This document shows positions 45,977-55,214 of a stretch of 64,000 nt of DNA, one piece after another. Position 1 is the first letter of the stretch. Every line of letters starts with the position of its first letter. The position numbers and the translations under genes are program-made. Origin of the DNA: an uncultured Gammaproteobacteria bacterium (GTDB lineage: Bacteria > Patescibacteriota > Patescibacteriia > Magasanikbacterales > GWA2-37-8). The stretch spans positions 684 to 64,683 of the forward strand of contig CAZEDL010000001.1 in NCBI GenBank assembly GCA_964510885.1, written 5' to 3'. Under the pieces are notes generated by a model. That model saw only the letters and a program-made list of their open reading frames with translations. It did no database searches and was not told where the DNA came from.

Positions 45977-48319
45977 ATGGGATGGCTTGATTCGTCTCGA
46001 AAAATTTTAGGCATGAACGCGCGTAATTTACTCTATATTGATGAGTATAATAGCCGCGCGCATAAACGCTTTGCCGATGACAAACTGTTTACTAAACAGT
46101 ATTTATCATCGCGCGGTATTGGCGTTGCCAAGCTCTATGGAGTAATTAAAACCCCGGGTGAACTGCGGGTTTTTAATCCCGATTCGCTACCCAAGACCTT
46201 TGTAATCAAGCCCAACCGCGGCTTTGGTGGCGAAGGAATTATTGTCATTGACGATCGTCAAGGGGGTATTTTTATTGATGCCGCCGGCGAGCGCCATACC
46301 TGGCAAGAATTATCGCTGCACATGGTGTCTATTCTCGAAGGAAAATACTCAATTTCAGGTATCCGTGATCAGGCCTTGCTTGAAGAACGTCTGCTGCCCG
46401 CTGAATTTCTGAGCCCCTATATCACCAAAGGTTTGCCAGATATTCGCATTATTGTGTTTAAGTTAGTACCGGTTATTGCCATGTTACGCCTGCCGACCCG
46501 AGATTCGCACGGCAAAGCTAATTTACATATGGGCGCCCTCGGGGTAGGCCTTGATATCGCCACGGGGAGAGCCAGCTTCGCCGTATCAAAAGGACAATTT
46601 GTCACTGCCTTGCCGAGCGGCCTGCCGGTAAAAGATATAAAAATGAAACAATGGGATGAGGTGCTGATGACGGCTATACAAGCCGCGCATCTCAGCAAGA
46701 TCGGATTTGTAGCGGTAGATATTGTTGCCACGTCAACCGGCGTAAAAATCCTTGAGCTTAATGCGCGCCCCGGCTTGTCAGTTCAGATAGCTAATCAAAT
46801 CCCGTTGAGGCAGCGCCTGGAACAGATCAGTGATAGTAAAGTCAATACCCCCGAACAAGGCTTATCTATTTGTCGTGCTTTATTTGGCAGTGGTCGTACT
46901 ACCACTGGGAAGCCCGCTGCCGCCAAAACTATTATCTCGCCCTATGAAGATGTGCTCTTATTGTCAGAACCCGAACAGATGATCCGGGCCCGGATCGACC
47001 CAGCCGCTGAAAAAAATACTATCTCTACGCGCTATTTAGGAGCCAAAACCAACGAACATATCACAGTAAAATTAAAAGGCAAGCGGTTGGTGTTACCAGT
47101 AGCAGTCACAGAATTTTCAACTGACACAGCCTATGACCTGATCGTTGCCGGCAAATTTCTAACTGATTTTTTAATTGATCCGAGCTTGAAACTAGAAGAG
47201 AGACAGATAGTGAGCGATCTACATCACGTCACTTCAGAGCGTAACGAGCGAATCCTTCGCAGTATTGATAAGCGGTTGGGTGTTATTGACCGATCCTTAC
47301 ATGTACTCAGAGCACTCCGTCCACTGAATGCGAAACAGGCCAAAGAGATGTTTTTCGCCAATCCAGACAGCTCACCTATTTTTGCCTATGCTCCAGCTCC
47401 CGCTAATCTTCCCAAATTAGAAAAAGAACTGTTTACGTTGCCGTCGGTGCCCGATCATCCGCTTCGTCTCTTGTACACCAACAAAATTGCCGCCCTAAAA
47501 ACAGCCATTGAGTTAATAAAATATCATGATAGTGAGCGACTGACAGAGTTGTCGAGCACGTTATTTGGCCCGATCAGTGCCGAGATCTACCAGGCGGCCT
47601 GCCGGTCGTATGAAGAAACCATCATTCACGAAGATCACAGTGAATTATTAACCACCTCAAATATCGTCAAATACCTGGAGGAGTTTTTTGCCAATCGCAA
47701 TCTGACTCAGTGGAAAGTGATGGTGAGCGAGCACTGCACCGCCGATATAGCCGTCTCTAAAAAACGCAGTGTGATTCTCAAAGCCGGCGTGTCCTTTACT
47801 GCCAATCGGCTACGCAGTGTGATCATGCATGAAATCATGACCCACGCCTATCGGTTTGAAAACGGTGAACGGCAGAAGTATGGGTTGTTTGCACTCGGCA
47901 CAGCCGGGTATCTGGCCACCGAAGAAGGCTTGGCCATTTATAATCAGAAAAAATTAGGCGTCCCACTCGGGGAACGTGACGTAGTGCCACCCTTACATTG
48001 TATTGCAGCGTATCTCGGACTAGAGCATTCTTTTGCCGAAGTATTCGCGCTTCTCAAAACCATCTATGGCGTCAGCGACGAATTAGCCTGGAAGGTATGT
48101 CTGCGCTCGAAACGTGGCCTCACCAATACAGCTGCGCCAGTCGTATGCATGCGCGATACGGCCTATTACCGTGGCTATCGCGCCGTAAAAAAGTATATCG
48201 ATGCAACCGGTGAAAGTGGTTTAAAGCAGCTCTACATAGGTAAGATCAGTTTGGAAGATATACCATCATTAGAAAATTTGTCGCTCGAAGCGCCTACGCT
48301 CTTGCCAAATTTTTCATAA
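45977..48319 (+). CDS. fusion protein: N-terminal alpha-L-glutamate-ligase-like (sugar-transfer-associated) ATP-grasp plus C-terminal DUF1704/QEGLA-motif domain with HExxH
   Basis: N-terminal KILGMNARNLLYI..., ATP-grasp core VKILELNARPGLSV; C-terminal HEIMTHAYRFENG (HExxH) then TEEGLAIYNQ (QEGLA-like); 780 aa. Confidence 0.75.
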   Translation: MGWLDSSRKILGMNARNLLYIDEYNSRAHKRFADDKLFTKQYLSSRGIGVAKLYGVIKTPGELRVFNPDSLPKTFVIKPNRGFGGEGIIVIDDRQGGIFIDAAGERHTWQELSLHMVSILEGKYSISGIRDQALLEERLLPAEFLSPYITKGLPDIRIIVFKLVPVIAMLRLPTRDSHGKANLHMGALGVGLDIATGRASFAVSKGQFVTALPSGLPVKDIKMKQWDEVLMTAIQAAHLSKIGFVAVDIVATSTGVKILELNARPGLSVQIANQIPLRQRLEQISDSKVNTPEQGLSICRALFGSGRTTTGKPAAAKTIISPYEDVLLLSEPEQMIRARIDPAAEKNTISTRYLGAKTNEHITVKLKGKRLVLPVAVTEFSTDTAYDLIVAGKFLTDFLIDPSLKLEERQIVSDLHHVTSERNERILRSIDKRLGVIDRSLHVLRALRPLNAKQAKEMFFANPDSSPIFAYAPAPANLPKLEKELFTLPSVPDHPLRLLYTNKIAALKTAIELIKYHDSERLTELSSTLFGPISAEIYQAACRSYEETIIHEDHSELLTTSNIVKYLEEFFANRNLTQWKVMVSEHCTADIAVSKKRSVILKAGVSFTANRLRSVIMHEIMTHAYRFENGERQKYGLFALGTAGYLATEEGLAIYNQKKLGVPLGERDVVPPLHCIAAYLGLEHSFAEVFALLKTIYGVSDELAWKVCLRSKRGLTNTAAPVVCMRDTAYYRGYRAVKKYIDATGESGLKQLYIGKISLEDIPSLENLSLEAPTLLPNFS

Positions 48320-48328
48320 GTACAACCT

Positions 48329-48351
48329 AAAACACCCCGTAGGGGTGTTTT
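48329..48351. terminator. bidirectional rho-independent terminator
   Basis: aaaacacccc-gta-ggggtgtttt. Confidence 0.7.
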
Positions 48352-48373
48352 ATAACTAAGACGGACAGTTTGT

Positions 48374-49945
48374 TTATCTAAGCATCGGTTTCTCTACCGG
48401 TAGAGCCGTTGGTTCGCTATCAATCGGCATGGGCAGAGGCATCGGTTGAGGTTTCTCCGGCGAGTTAATTAGGTCTTTAATCAGTGGTACCATTACAAAT
48501 TTATTATAATACGGGTAGATTGTAGTTGGAGCGTTAATCACTGGAAAGATATACACAGGTACATACAGCTCAAAAGACTCTTGTCCGTCTGCCGAGCTTT
48601 TCCAGGTGCGGGCATACGAAATACTTGGAGTGCCAAGTTTAATTTCAACTGGTTTTTTAGCTTCGGGTTGATACCAGTTAGTACCACTCGCCTCGGCCAC
48701 CTTCACAATCCGACCAAAGTCAGTCTCAGCTTCATAGCCAGAGCTTTCATAGCGTTCTGCCTGCAAGTTCCAAACACTTGTTACTTTTTTTTCACGTTGG
48801 TCGATGCTAACCTGTAGACCGATCGGGCCACCATTTAATTCATGCACCTTTGATCCGCCAAGTTGAAGGGGATAAATAACCGTGGCAATTTCCGAAACAT
48901 ATCCGTCGCCGCCACCATCTGCCATTGGCCGCATTAAGTAGATAGGGCTAAAGGAATCCTGTATCTCCGGGGAGCCGTACTGAGAGGTAGAGATCCCGTG
49001 CACCTTCAAGAATTCATTAGATAACGCAATCAGTGCTTCTGGAGTCATGGCTTGATCCCGGGTGAAAGGTGGGGGAGTGGGGCAGATGCCACTAGCACAC
49101 TTGCTCCACACCGACCAATTCTGGTTGATCGAAATAGCGCTATCGCCCAAATTAACCGTAACAGTATACCCATGATCGCGCTCGTCAACTAACTCAAAAC
49201 TGCGCAGTTTGCTCCCGGCAAAACTATTTAGGTTGATCAAGTCAAGATTCAAGTCTTTGACCGTGCTGAAGTCAGCCAAGTTAGTGCTTCTGATTTTTTT
49301 GAATACATCACGGGTGGTTTCGCTTAATTCAAGGGTCTCACCTTTATAGACGTAGGTATAGGGCTGGAACATGTCAGGCGCCACAATTCGGCTGGCGTCG
49401 CCGCCCATGCCTGGAGCCACCATTTTACTGCTCATTGCAGCAATCGGCGCGGTCGGCGCCGCGTTACGGGCTGCCTGATCAGTGGCCATGGATGCCATTT
49501 CCGAAGCTGGGGCCGGAACGGGGGTTGCCGCATCAAGAGAAACCAGCGTCGCCAAGGGCCCAAAGGCATTTTGTCCCTTCTTTTCGATAGTCGAAGAATT
49601 GGCTATTTTTTTAGCTAAAAATGGAGAATTATGGCCCGAAAATTGGCTGAATGATAAAGCTACAACCAATACGCCAAGCGCTCCACCAAGAGTATATAAT
49701 GGCTTAGGATTCATAAACAAAATACTTAAGAATGATAATATTGAAGTTGGTCGCGTTGAAGTGCGAGCGGTTCTTTTTCGCAGCTCTGTTGCGAGCTGTG
49801 TGCGAAATGCCTCACGCATTGGTACCTCGGGTTTGAGGGAGGTAAATTGCTCTATGAGCTGCTCTAGCTCGGTGTCGCTCAGGGTAAGCGGCGGGTCGAG
49901 TTTTTCTAACTCGTCTCGGAGCTGTTGTAAGGTTATATGGTCCAT
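48374..49945 (-). CDS. putative membrane-anchored anti-sigma factor with large extracytoplasmic domain
   Basis: Overlaps the ECF sigma gene by 13 nt; cytoplasmic N-terminal helix, one TM (LYTLGGALGVLVVALSF), 430-aa external domain. Confidence 0.55.
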   Translation of the reverse strand: MDHITLQQLRDELEKLDPPLTLSDTELEQLIEQFTSLKPEVPMREAFRTQLATELRKRTARTSTRPTSILSFLSILFMNPKPLYTLGGALGVLVVALSFSQFSGHNSPFLAKKIANSSTIEKKGQNAFGPLATLVSLDAATPVPAPASEMASMATDQAARNAAPTAPIAAMSSKMVAPGMGGDASRIVAPDMFQPYTYVYKGETLELSETTRDVFKKIRSTNLADFSTVKDLNLDLINLNSFAGSKLRSFELVDERDHGYTVTVNLGDSAISINQNWSVWSKCASGICPTPPPFTRDQAMTPEALIALSNEFLKVHGISTSQYGSPEIQDSFSPIYLMRPMADGGGDGYVSEIATVIYPLQLGGSKVHELNGGPIGLQVSIDQREKKVTSVWNLQAERYESSGYEAETDFGRIVKVAEASGTNWYQPEAKKPVEIKLGTPSISYARTWKSSADGQESFELYVPVYIFPVINAPTTIYPYYNKFVMVPLIKDLINSPEKPQPMPLPMPIDSEPTALPVEKPMLR

Positions 49946-50520
49946 ATACTAGATACTACGATAGCCATAATAAAAAGTAACAATCCGCCCGAAGGATAGA
50001 CCTGTTTTAAGGCAGAAACCCCGCGCGCCAAGCGCATTTTTGCCGTTCCCTCACTGATACTAAGCACCGTTGAAATTTCGGCAAAACTGAGCTGCTGCCA
50101 AAAACGCAGGATAAGAACTTCCCGCTGATCGGGGGTGAGAGCGGATAATAAATTTTCCACTTTTGCCAGTTCTAGGCGCACATGCGTTTCTTCAGTCTGG
50201 TCTAGGGTGCTTTTAAGTTCTGTGTGATCTTCAATATCACCGACTAGTTTGGCTGTTCGATAGTGATCAATCACGGTATTGCGCGCAATTCGGTATATCC
50301 AACTAGAAAACGTTCCCTTATCTGGATCGCAGCGGCTGATCGTATCAAGCGCTTTGAAAAAAGTCTGGCTCGTTAAATCTTCAGCGGTTTCACGATGATG
50401 TGTTTTATAGTAGATAAAATTATAAATGGGCTTTAAAAACGCTTCGTATAAAGCACTAAATGCTTCCTGATTGCCAGTCTGGCAGGCTCGCACCAGTCTG
50501 CCTTGCTCTTGAGGGTCCAT
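49933..50520 (-). CDS. ECF-type RNA polymerase sigma factor (sigma-70 regions 2 and 4)
   Basis: Region 2 FLKPIYNFIYYKT..AEDLTSQTF, region 4 LTPDQREVLILRFWQQLSFAEIS..LSISEGTAKMRLARG. Confidence 0.85.
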   Translation of the reverse strand: MDPQEQGRLVRACQTGNQEAFSALYEAFLKPIYNFIYYKTHHRETAEDLTSQTFFKALDTISRCDPDKGTFSSWIYRIARNTVIDHYRTAKLVGDIEDHTELKSTLDQTEETHVRLELAKVENLLSALTPDQREVLILRFWQQLSFAEISTVLSISEGTAKMRLARGVSALKQVYPSGGLLLFIMAIVVSSIWTI

Positions 50521-50605
50521 ACAATAAATAATTTCTGGTAATTTTTTCTCTTTACAATAATTTTAATATATTTTGATTGCTGTTCACGCTGAGATTGAGC
50601 TTAAT

Positions 50606-51187
50606 TTATAAACTAGCCACGACTTCAGCGATTCTGTCTTCAACATTTTTGCGAACAGCTGCACCGAACCACGCCACTACTGCTCCGCCATCTGGAGTCC
50701 GTTCCGTATGCACTGGAGGAAATAATCCTGTGGGGTGTTTAATTTTTTGCTGCCATTGTTCTAGCCAGGCATCACTTAATTTGACGCCTATAGGGAAGTA
50801 CATGGCGATGTAGCTGTAACATGCAGGAGTGCTCGGGCAAGATCCGTCGGATTGGCAACGTATGCCAAACATAATGGTAGCGGGCAGATCTGGGCGTAAG
50901 TAGCCACTATAGACACGATATGGGTTTACGTTAGCAAATCCAAATGGATTGGCAATTGGTGTGGTGGTATTCTGTACCCAGCCTTTTTCGCGAGTATACT
51001 TTTCGAAATCAATTTTGTTGCGCCTCTCATTGATTACTAAGGCGATGGGAAAGCCTACTAAAAAAATGAAGATGCCTCCAAACAAGATTGGTTTAATCGT
51101 GTCGCCATAAGCTGTAGTTACCAGTAATAATACCATGCCACCGAGCAGTAAGAACGGCAAAAAAATTGCGATAAAGACACGTTTCAT
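50606..51187 (-). CDS. hypothetical 2-3 TM membrane protein with Cys-containing external domain
   Basis: ORF and hydropathy only. Confidence 0.45.
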   Translation of the reverse strand: MKRVFIAIFLPFLLLGGMVLLLVTTAYGDTIKPILFGGIFIFLVGFPIALVINERRNKIDFEKYTREKGWVQNTTTPIANPFGFANVNPYRVYSGYLRPDLPATIMFGIRCQSDGSCPSTPACYSYIAMYFPIGVKLSDAWLEQWQQKIKHPTGLFPPVHTERTPDGGAVVAWFGAAVRKNVEDRIAEVVASL

Positions 51188-51198
51188 AGAAGGTGCCT

Positions 51199-52083
51199 TT
51201 ATGCTCCCTCGTACGCCTGCTGTAAAGTAGCAATGTCAAATTTTTTCATCTTCATGAACGCTTCGGTCACACGTTTCACTTGCTCCTTGGTACCCTTGCT
51301 CATCATTTCATTCATCGCGGTCGGGACGATTTGCCAGGATACACCAAAGGCGTCCTTCAGCCAGCCGCACTGTTCAGCCGCCGGTACCGCCGATAATTTT
51401 TCAAAGCAATGATCAATTTCTGCCTGAGTATCACACGTAACCATGAGGGAAATCGCTTCGTTAAAGCTGAATTCATGTTTATGGGCACTGTCCATGGCCG
51501 CAAACTGCTGCCCTAGCAAACTAAAACCAGCGTGCCGAATGGTACCTTCTTTATCAGGTGCTTCCCCGGCCCCATACCGCATCACATGACCAATTTCAGA
51601 ATTAGCAAAAATTGAGGTATAGAGAGTAATAGCTTCTTCAGCGCGGCCGCATACCTGCCCCACAAACATAAGCGTGGGCGTAATTTTTTGAGTAATCGGT
51701 CTGCCTCCCGTATGCATGATCTGCCAGGATAATCCATACTTGTCTTTCGTCCAGCCATACCGCTGGCTGAACGGGTAGCTGCCAAGCTCCATAAGCGCTT
51801 CACCACCAACCGATAGCTTGCCCCATAATTTATCCACTTCTTCAGGCGTCTCACACGCAATCAAAAACGAAATCGCTGGTGTAAATTTAAATAATGGGCC
51901 GGCTGAAATAAGGGTGAAATCCTGCCCGGGCAAGGCAATTGATACAATATCGACTGATCCTGAAGGGGTGCCGTCAATAGACGTTGAACTGGTAATACGT
52001 GCGTCCTTAAACAAGGATACATAAAAGTCCGCTGCTGCTTTGGCTTCTTTATCAAACCATAAATGAGTGCTGATTTTTGGCAT
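51199..52083 (-). CDS. VOC-superfamily protein with tandem PhnB-like (3-demethylubiquinone-9 3-methyltransferase-like) domains
   Basis: Two repeats each with HLWFDKEAKAAADFYVSLF-like start and YGLSWQI/FGVSWQI end. Confidence 0.7.
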   Translation of the reverse strand: MPKISTHLWFDKEAKAAADFYVSLFKDARITSSTSIDGTPSGSVDIVSIALPGQDFTLISAGPLFKFTPAISFLIACETPEEVDKLWGKLSVGGEALMELGSYPFSQRYGWTKDKYGLSWQIMHTGGRPITQKITPTLMFVGQVCGRAEEAITLYTSIFANSEIGHVMRYGAGEAPDKEGTIRHAGFSLLGQQFAAMDSAHKHEFSFNEAISLMVTCDTQAEIDHCFEKLSAVPAAEQCGWLKDAFGVSWQIVPTAMNEMMSKGTKEQVKRVTEAFMKMKKFDIATLQQAYEGA

Positions 52084-52091
52084 AAAAAATA

Positions 52092-52505
52092 TTAAAAAGT
52101 ACGCTCTACGTAGGCTTTGAAATTATTCAAAATTGCCTGCCAACCGTCGCGCTGCATTTCAGGGCTATTCTGACTCTCTGGATCAAAGGTCTCAGTAATT
52201 TTCACTCCTTCGGGCATTTGTTCAAATGTTATCCGCGCTGTTCGACCATCATCCATGGTGTAAGCGATCAAAGTATGCGCGGTTACTGCAGTATACATTC
52301 CCGTAAAATCAAAACTAACACTCTTGTCTTTGGCAGCCATGGTAGTTTTAAAGCGCCCACCGACGCGCACATCGTTTTCTGCTGCTGGAGCTTCCCAATC
52401 ATTTGTTGCAAAGGCCCATTTAGTAATATGCTCTGGATCTGTCCAGGCTTCCCACACCTGTGGCAGGGGAGCGGCTACAATAGCTGACACGGTAATTGGC
52501 TGCAT
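52092..52505 (-). CDS. SRPBCC (AHSA1/activator of Hsp90 ATPase homolog-like) domain protein
   Basis: VWEAWTDPEHITKW..., 137 aa, typical AHSA1-family pattern. Confidence 0.65.
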   Translation of the reverse strand: MQPITVSAIVAAPLPQVWEAWTDPEHITKWAFATNDWEAPAAENDVRVGGRFKTTMAAKDKSVSFDFTGMYTAVTAHTLIAYTMDDGRTARITFEQMPEGVKITETFDPESQNSPEMQRDGWQAILNNFKAYVERTF

Positions 52506-52597
52506 AGTACTAATAATTAATGATTACAAGATAGGATTAATATGGTAAACTAAGTCTTAATTGTATAGCAATCTCTATTTTATTGTAAAGTTTTTAT

Positions 52598-54541
52598 ATG
52601 AATTGTCTATCTCGTTTTCTTCTCGTTGTGGCCGCTCTTGCCAGCCTAGGTCTTGGCACAGTCGCAGAGGCTGCCACTACCCCGGTCTTGGCGGTTAGTG
52701 TGGTAAGCGGCGATGTAGTTCAAGCCGCCATTACCGGTGATGCTTCAAGCTCCGTCCGGCTCTCATTCCTTCCTCCGGGAGCAAGTCAATTAATCACTAC
52801 CACCCTTGGCACCACCGATAGCAGTGGCCGACTGAGTGCTACTATCAGTAGTGGAGGTTATGGTATACCGGTAGGTTCGCCGGCCTATGTCACCGTAAAC
52901 GGGCTTCAATCCACCACCATCATTTGGCCGTCATACACGAGTTCGCTCAGCCTATCGCCGAATTCAATCCAGATCGGAGTCGGCCAAGGCAGCACCATTA
53001 CCGCTTCTCACGCCGCTACCCTGGTCGCAAATAGTAACCCAAGCAGTTTTGGAACATCGGTCAGTGGGAGTCAAGTCACGGTGAGTGGACTTGCTAATGG
53101 CTTTGGTACGGCTTCGTTCTGCGCGGCGAGCGTCGGGTGTGCTGCCCTCACCATAACGGTTGGTGGGCAAACTGGCCAATCCGCTGTCTCTCTTAGCCAG
53201 AATTCTGTTTCGCTAAGTAGCGGTCAAAGTAAAGACATTATCGTCTTCGGCCCAAGCGGGGGTTTTGTCATTACGTCTAATTCTAATCCCGGAGTAGTCG
53301 AAGCCAGCATCAGCGGACAAAGTAGTAGTCTCATTTTATACGCTAAAAATAACGCTGGTAATGCGACTGTCACCATCTGTTCCGCCACGAATACTACTAA
53401 TTGTGCCACCCTGGTTGTTACCACTTCCGGTGCTACCAATTCGGTTTTATCTTTTAGTCAAAATACGGTGGGCCTCGTTCCAGGCCAAGCTCAAACAGTC
53501 ACGGTCGCAGGTGGAGGCGGTTCGTATTATCTGTCCTCTAATTCTAATTCCGGAGTAGTGCAGGCCACTGTAAATAATAATTCCGTCACGCTGATCGGCG
53601 GCTCTAATACCGGCACGGCTATTATTTTAATATGCTCTGCCACCACGAGTAATGCCTGCGGCAATTTTACCGTCATTACGAGTGCTGCGAGCTCTGCCAC
53701 CACCACACCGTTCCTCACGTTCAGTCAAAATGTACTGTCAGTACCGTTCGGTCAGACAGTGACGGTCACCGCCTCGGGCGGTAGTGGCTCTGGGTATGTG
53801 GTCGCATCAAATAGTAATTCGAGCCTTATAACTGCCAGTGCCAATACTGCCTCGAGTACTATCTATTTTTCTGTAAATGCAGCCAGTGGCTCGGGCATTG
53901 TCACGGTATGTGCTACAAATCCTGCCACCACCTGCGGCAGTGTGTATGTTACTGCAGTTGCTGCCCCGGTCCAGCTGACATTCAGTCAGAATAATGTCTC
54001 TCTGCGTCCTGGTCAAAGCACCAATATCATTATTTATGGTAACCAAGGTGGTTCTGGATACACCATTTCATCAAATAGTAACCCCAATGCCGTGGCCGCC
54101 TCGCTCGGTAGTGGTCAATCGTTACTCGTTTTAACAGCCAAGGCTACCACTGGCTCGGCAGCCATTACCATTTGTTCGGTAGGGGATAGTAGTAACTGTG
54201 CTTCTCTCCATGCTTATTCAGTGCCTGCTGTAAATCAATCTCCCGCAGTAAGTTCGCCAGCTCCAGCTGCTGCCGCAACCTCTCTCCCTGCTCCAGCTAC
54301 AACACCAGTTTCAAGTGCAGTGAAATATAAGTTCACCAGTTTGCTAACCTTAGGCTCAACCGGCACTGAAGTGAGGGAATTACAAAAAATACTAATTCAA
54401 CAAAATCTCTTAAAATCAACGGTCACCGGTCGCTTTGGCGCCCTCACCCAAGCCGCGGTGAAGGCGTTCCAGAAAAAACATGGCATCACGGTGGCCGGGT
54501 ATGTCGGGCCAGCTACCCGCGCCAAGCTAAATAGTTTCTAG
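52598..54541 (+). CDS. secreted S/T-rich protein with about six 85-aa Ig-like repeats (conserved Cys pair) and C-terminal peptidoglycan-binding domain
   Basis: Signal peptide; repeats SxSQNxVxLxxGQ...SNSN...CSATxxxNC; C-terminal LGSTGTEVRELQKIL...FGALTQAAVKAFQKKHGITVAGYVGPATRAKL (PG_binding_1). Confidence 0.75.
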   Translation: MNCLSRFLLVVAALASLGLGTVAEAATTPVLAVSVVSGDVVQAAITGDASSSVRLSFLPPGASQLITTTLGTTDSSGRLSATISSGGYGIPVGSPAYVTVNGLQSTTIIWPSYTSSLSLSPNSIQIGVGQGSTITASHAATLVANSNPSSFGTSVSGSQVTVSGLANGFGTASFCAASVGCAALTITVGGQTGQSAVSLSQNSVSLSSGQSKDIIVFGPSGGFVITSNSNPGVVEASISGQSSSLILYAKNNAGNATVTICSATNTTNCATLVVTTSGATNSVLSFSQNTVGLVPGQAQTVTVAGGGGSYYLSSNSNSGVVQATVNNNSVTLIGGSNTGTAIILICSATTSNACGNFTVITSAASSATTTPFLTFSQNVLSVPFGQTVTVTASGGSGSGYVVASNSNSSLITASANTASSTIYFSVNAASGSGIVTVCATNPATTCGSVYVTAVAAPVQLTFSQNNVSLRPGQSTNIIIYGNQGGSGYTISSNSNPNAVAASLGSGQSLLVLTAKATTGSAAITICSVGDSSNCASLHAYSVPAVNQSPAVSSPAPAAAATSLPAPATTPVSSAVKYKFTSLLTLGSTGTEVRELQKILIQQNLLKSTVTGRFGALTQAAVKAFQKKHGITVAGYVGPATRAKLNSF

Positions 54542-54551
54542 TATAAAATAA

Positions 54552-54583
54552 AAATAACCTCCTCAGTGGAGGTTATTTTTTTT
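54552..54583. terminator. rho-independent terminator
   Basis: aaataacctcc-tcagt-ggaggttatttttttt. Confidence 0.7.
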
Positions 54584-54606
54584 ATGATGAAATGTTAGGA
54601 CTGCTT

Positions 54607-54978
54607 TTAACCACTCACTTCAACCTTAAACCCGGCATAGGCAAATCGCTTCATATCAAACGGCATATCCATGGGTTCTTTGCCATATTTTTTTTCAAAA
54701 TACGCCATCACTTTTTTATTGACCGAATCGCGATGCTGGCGCGATTTAAAGACGATGAATGAAAACCAAACAGTTTCACTCGGCTTCGGTTTGGCCATTT
54801 TGGCAAACGTGAATGTTACAAATTTTGGCTTTGGATCATCAATCATGCATTCTTTATAATCCAAGGCGCCGCATTTTTTCCATACTACTGCCGCTTCAGT
54901 CGCCATTTTTTTATATTTAGCAGTATTCTTTTTGGGGATGCAGAGTACAAAACCGTCTACATAGGTGCCTTTTGTCAT
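54607..54978 (-). CDS. DUF1428 domain protein
   Basis: YVDGFVLCIPKKN...WKKCGALDYKECMIDDPKP...WFSFIVFKSRQHRD pattern; start set at MTKGTYVDG. Confidence 0.65.
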   Translation of the reverse strand: MTKGTYVDGFVLCIPKKNTAKYKKMATEAAVVWKKCGALDYKECMIDDPKPKFVTFTFAKMAKPKPSETVWFSFIVFKSRQHRDSVNKKVMAYFEKKYGKEPMDMPFDMKRFAYAGFKVEVSG

Positions 54979-55084
54979 AGAGTAGTAGTTAATAAATAAT
55001 TCAGAAATTATTAATATACGGTAACACCAAAAACAATCATTGGCAATAACTAGAGCATTTAAGGTGTGAATTACAAAATTCATC

Positions 55085-55192
55085 TGTCATCCTGAACGAA
55101 CGTGAAGGATCTCTGTCCAACTGGTCAACATATCGACCGATAGGGATTCCCCCAAAAGGGCCTCTTCGGGGTTCGTTTCACTCAGAATGACA
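55085..55192. repeat. palindromic repeat element (TGTCATCCTGAACGAACGTGAAGGATCTCTGTCC ... CACTCAGAATGACA)
   Basis: Shares termini and the internal GAAGGATCTCTGTC block with 37677-37762; the outer arms form an imperfect hairpin. Confidence 0.55.
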
Positions 55193-55214
55193 ATTTTTTA
55201 CCAAGCTCGAGTAT

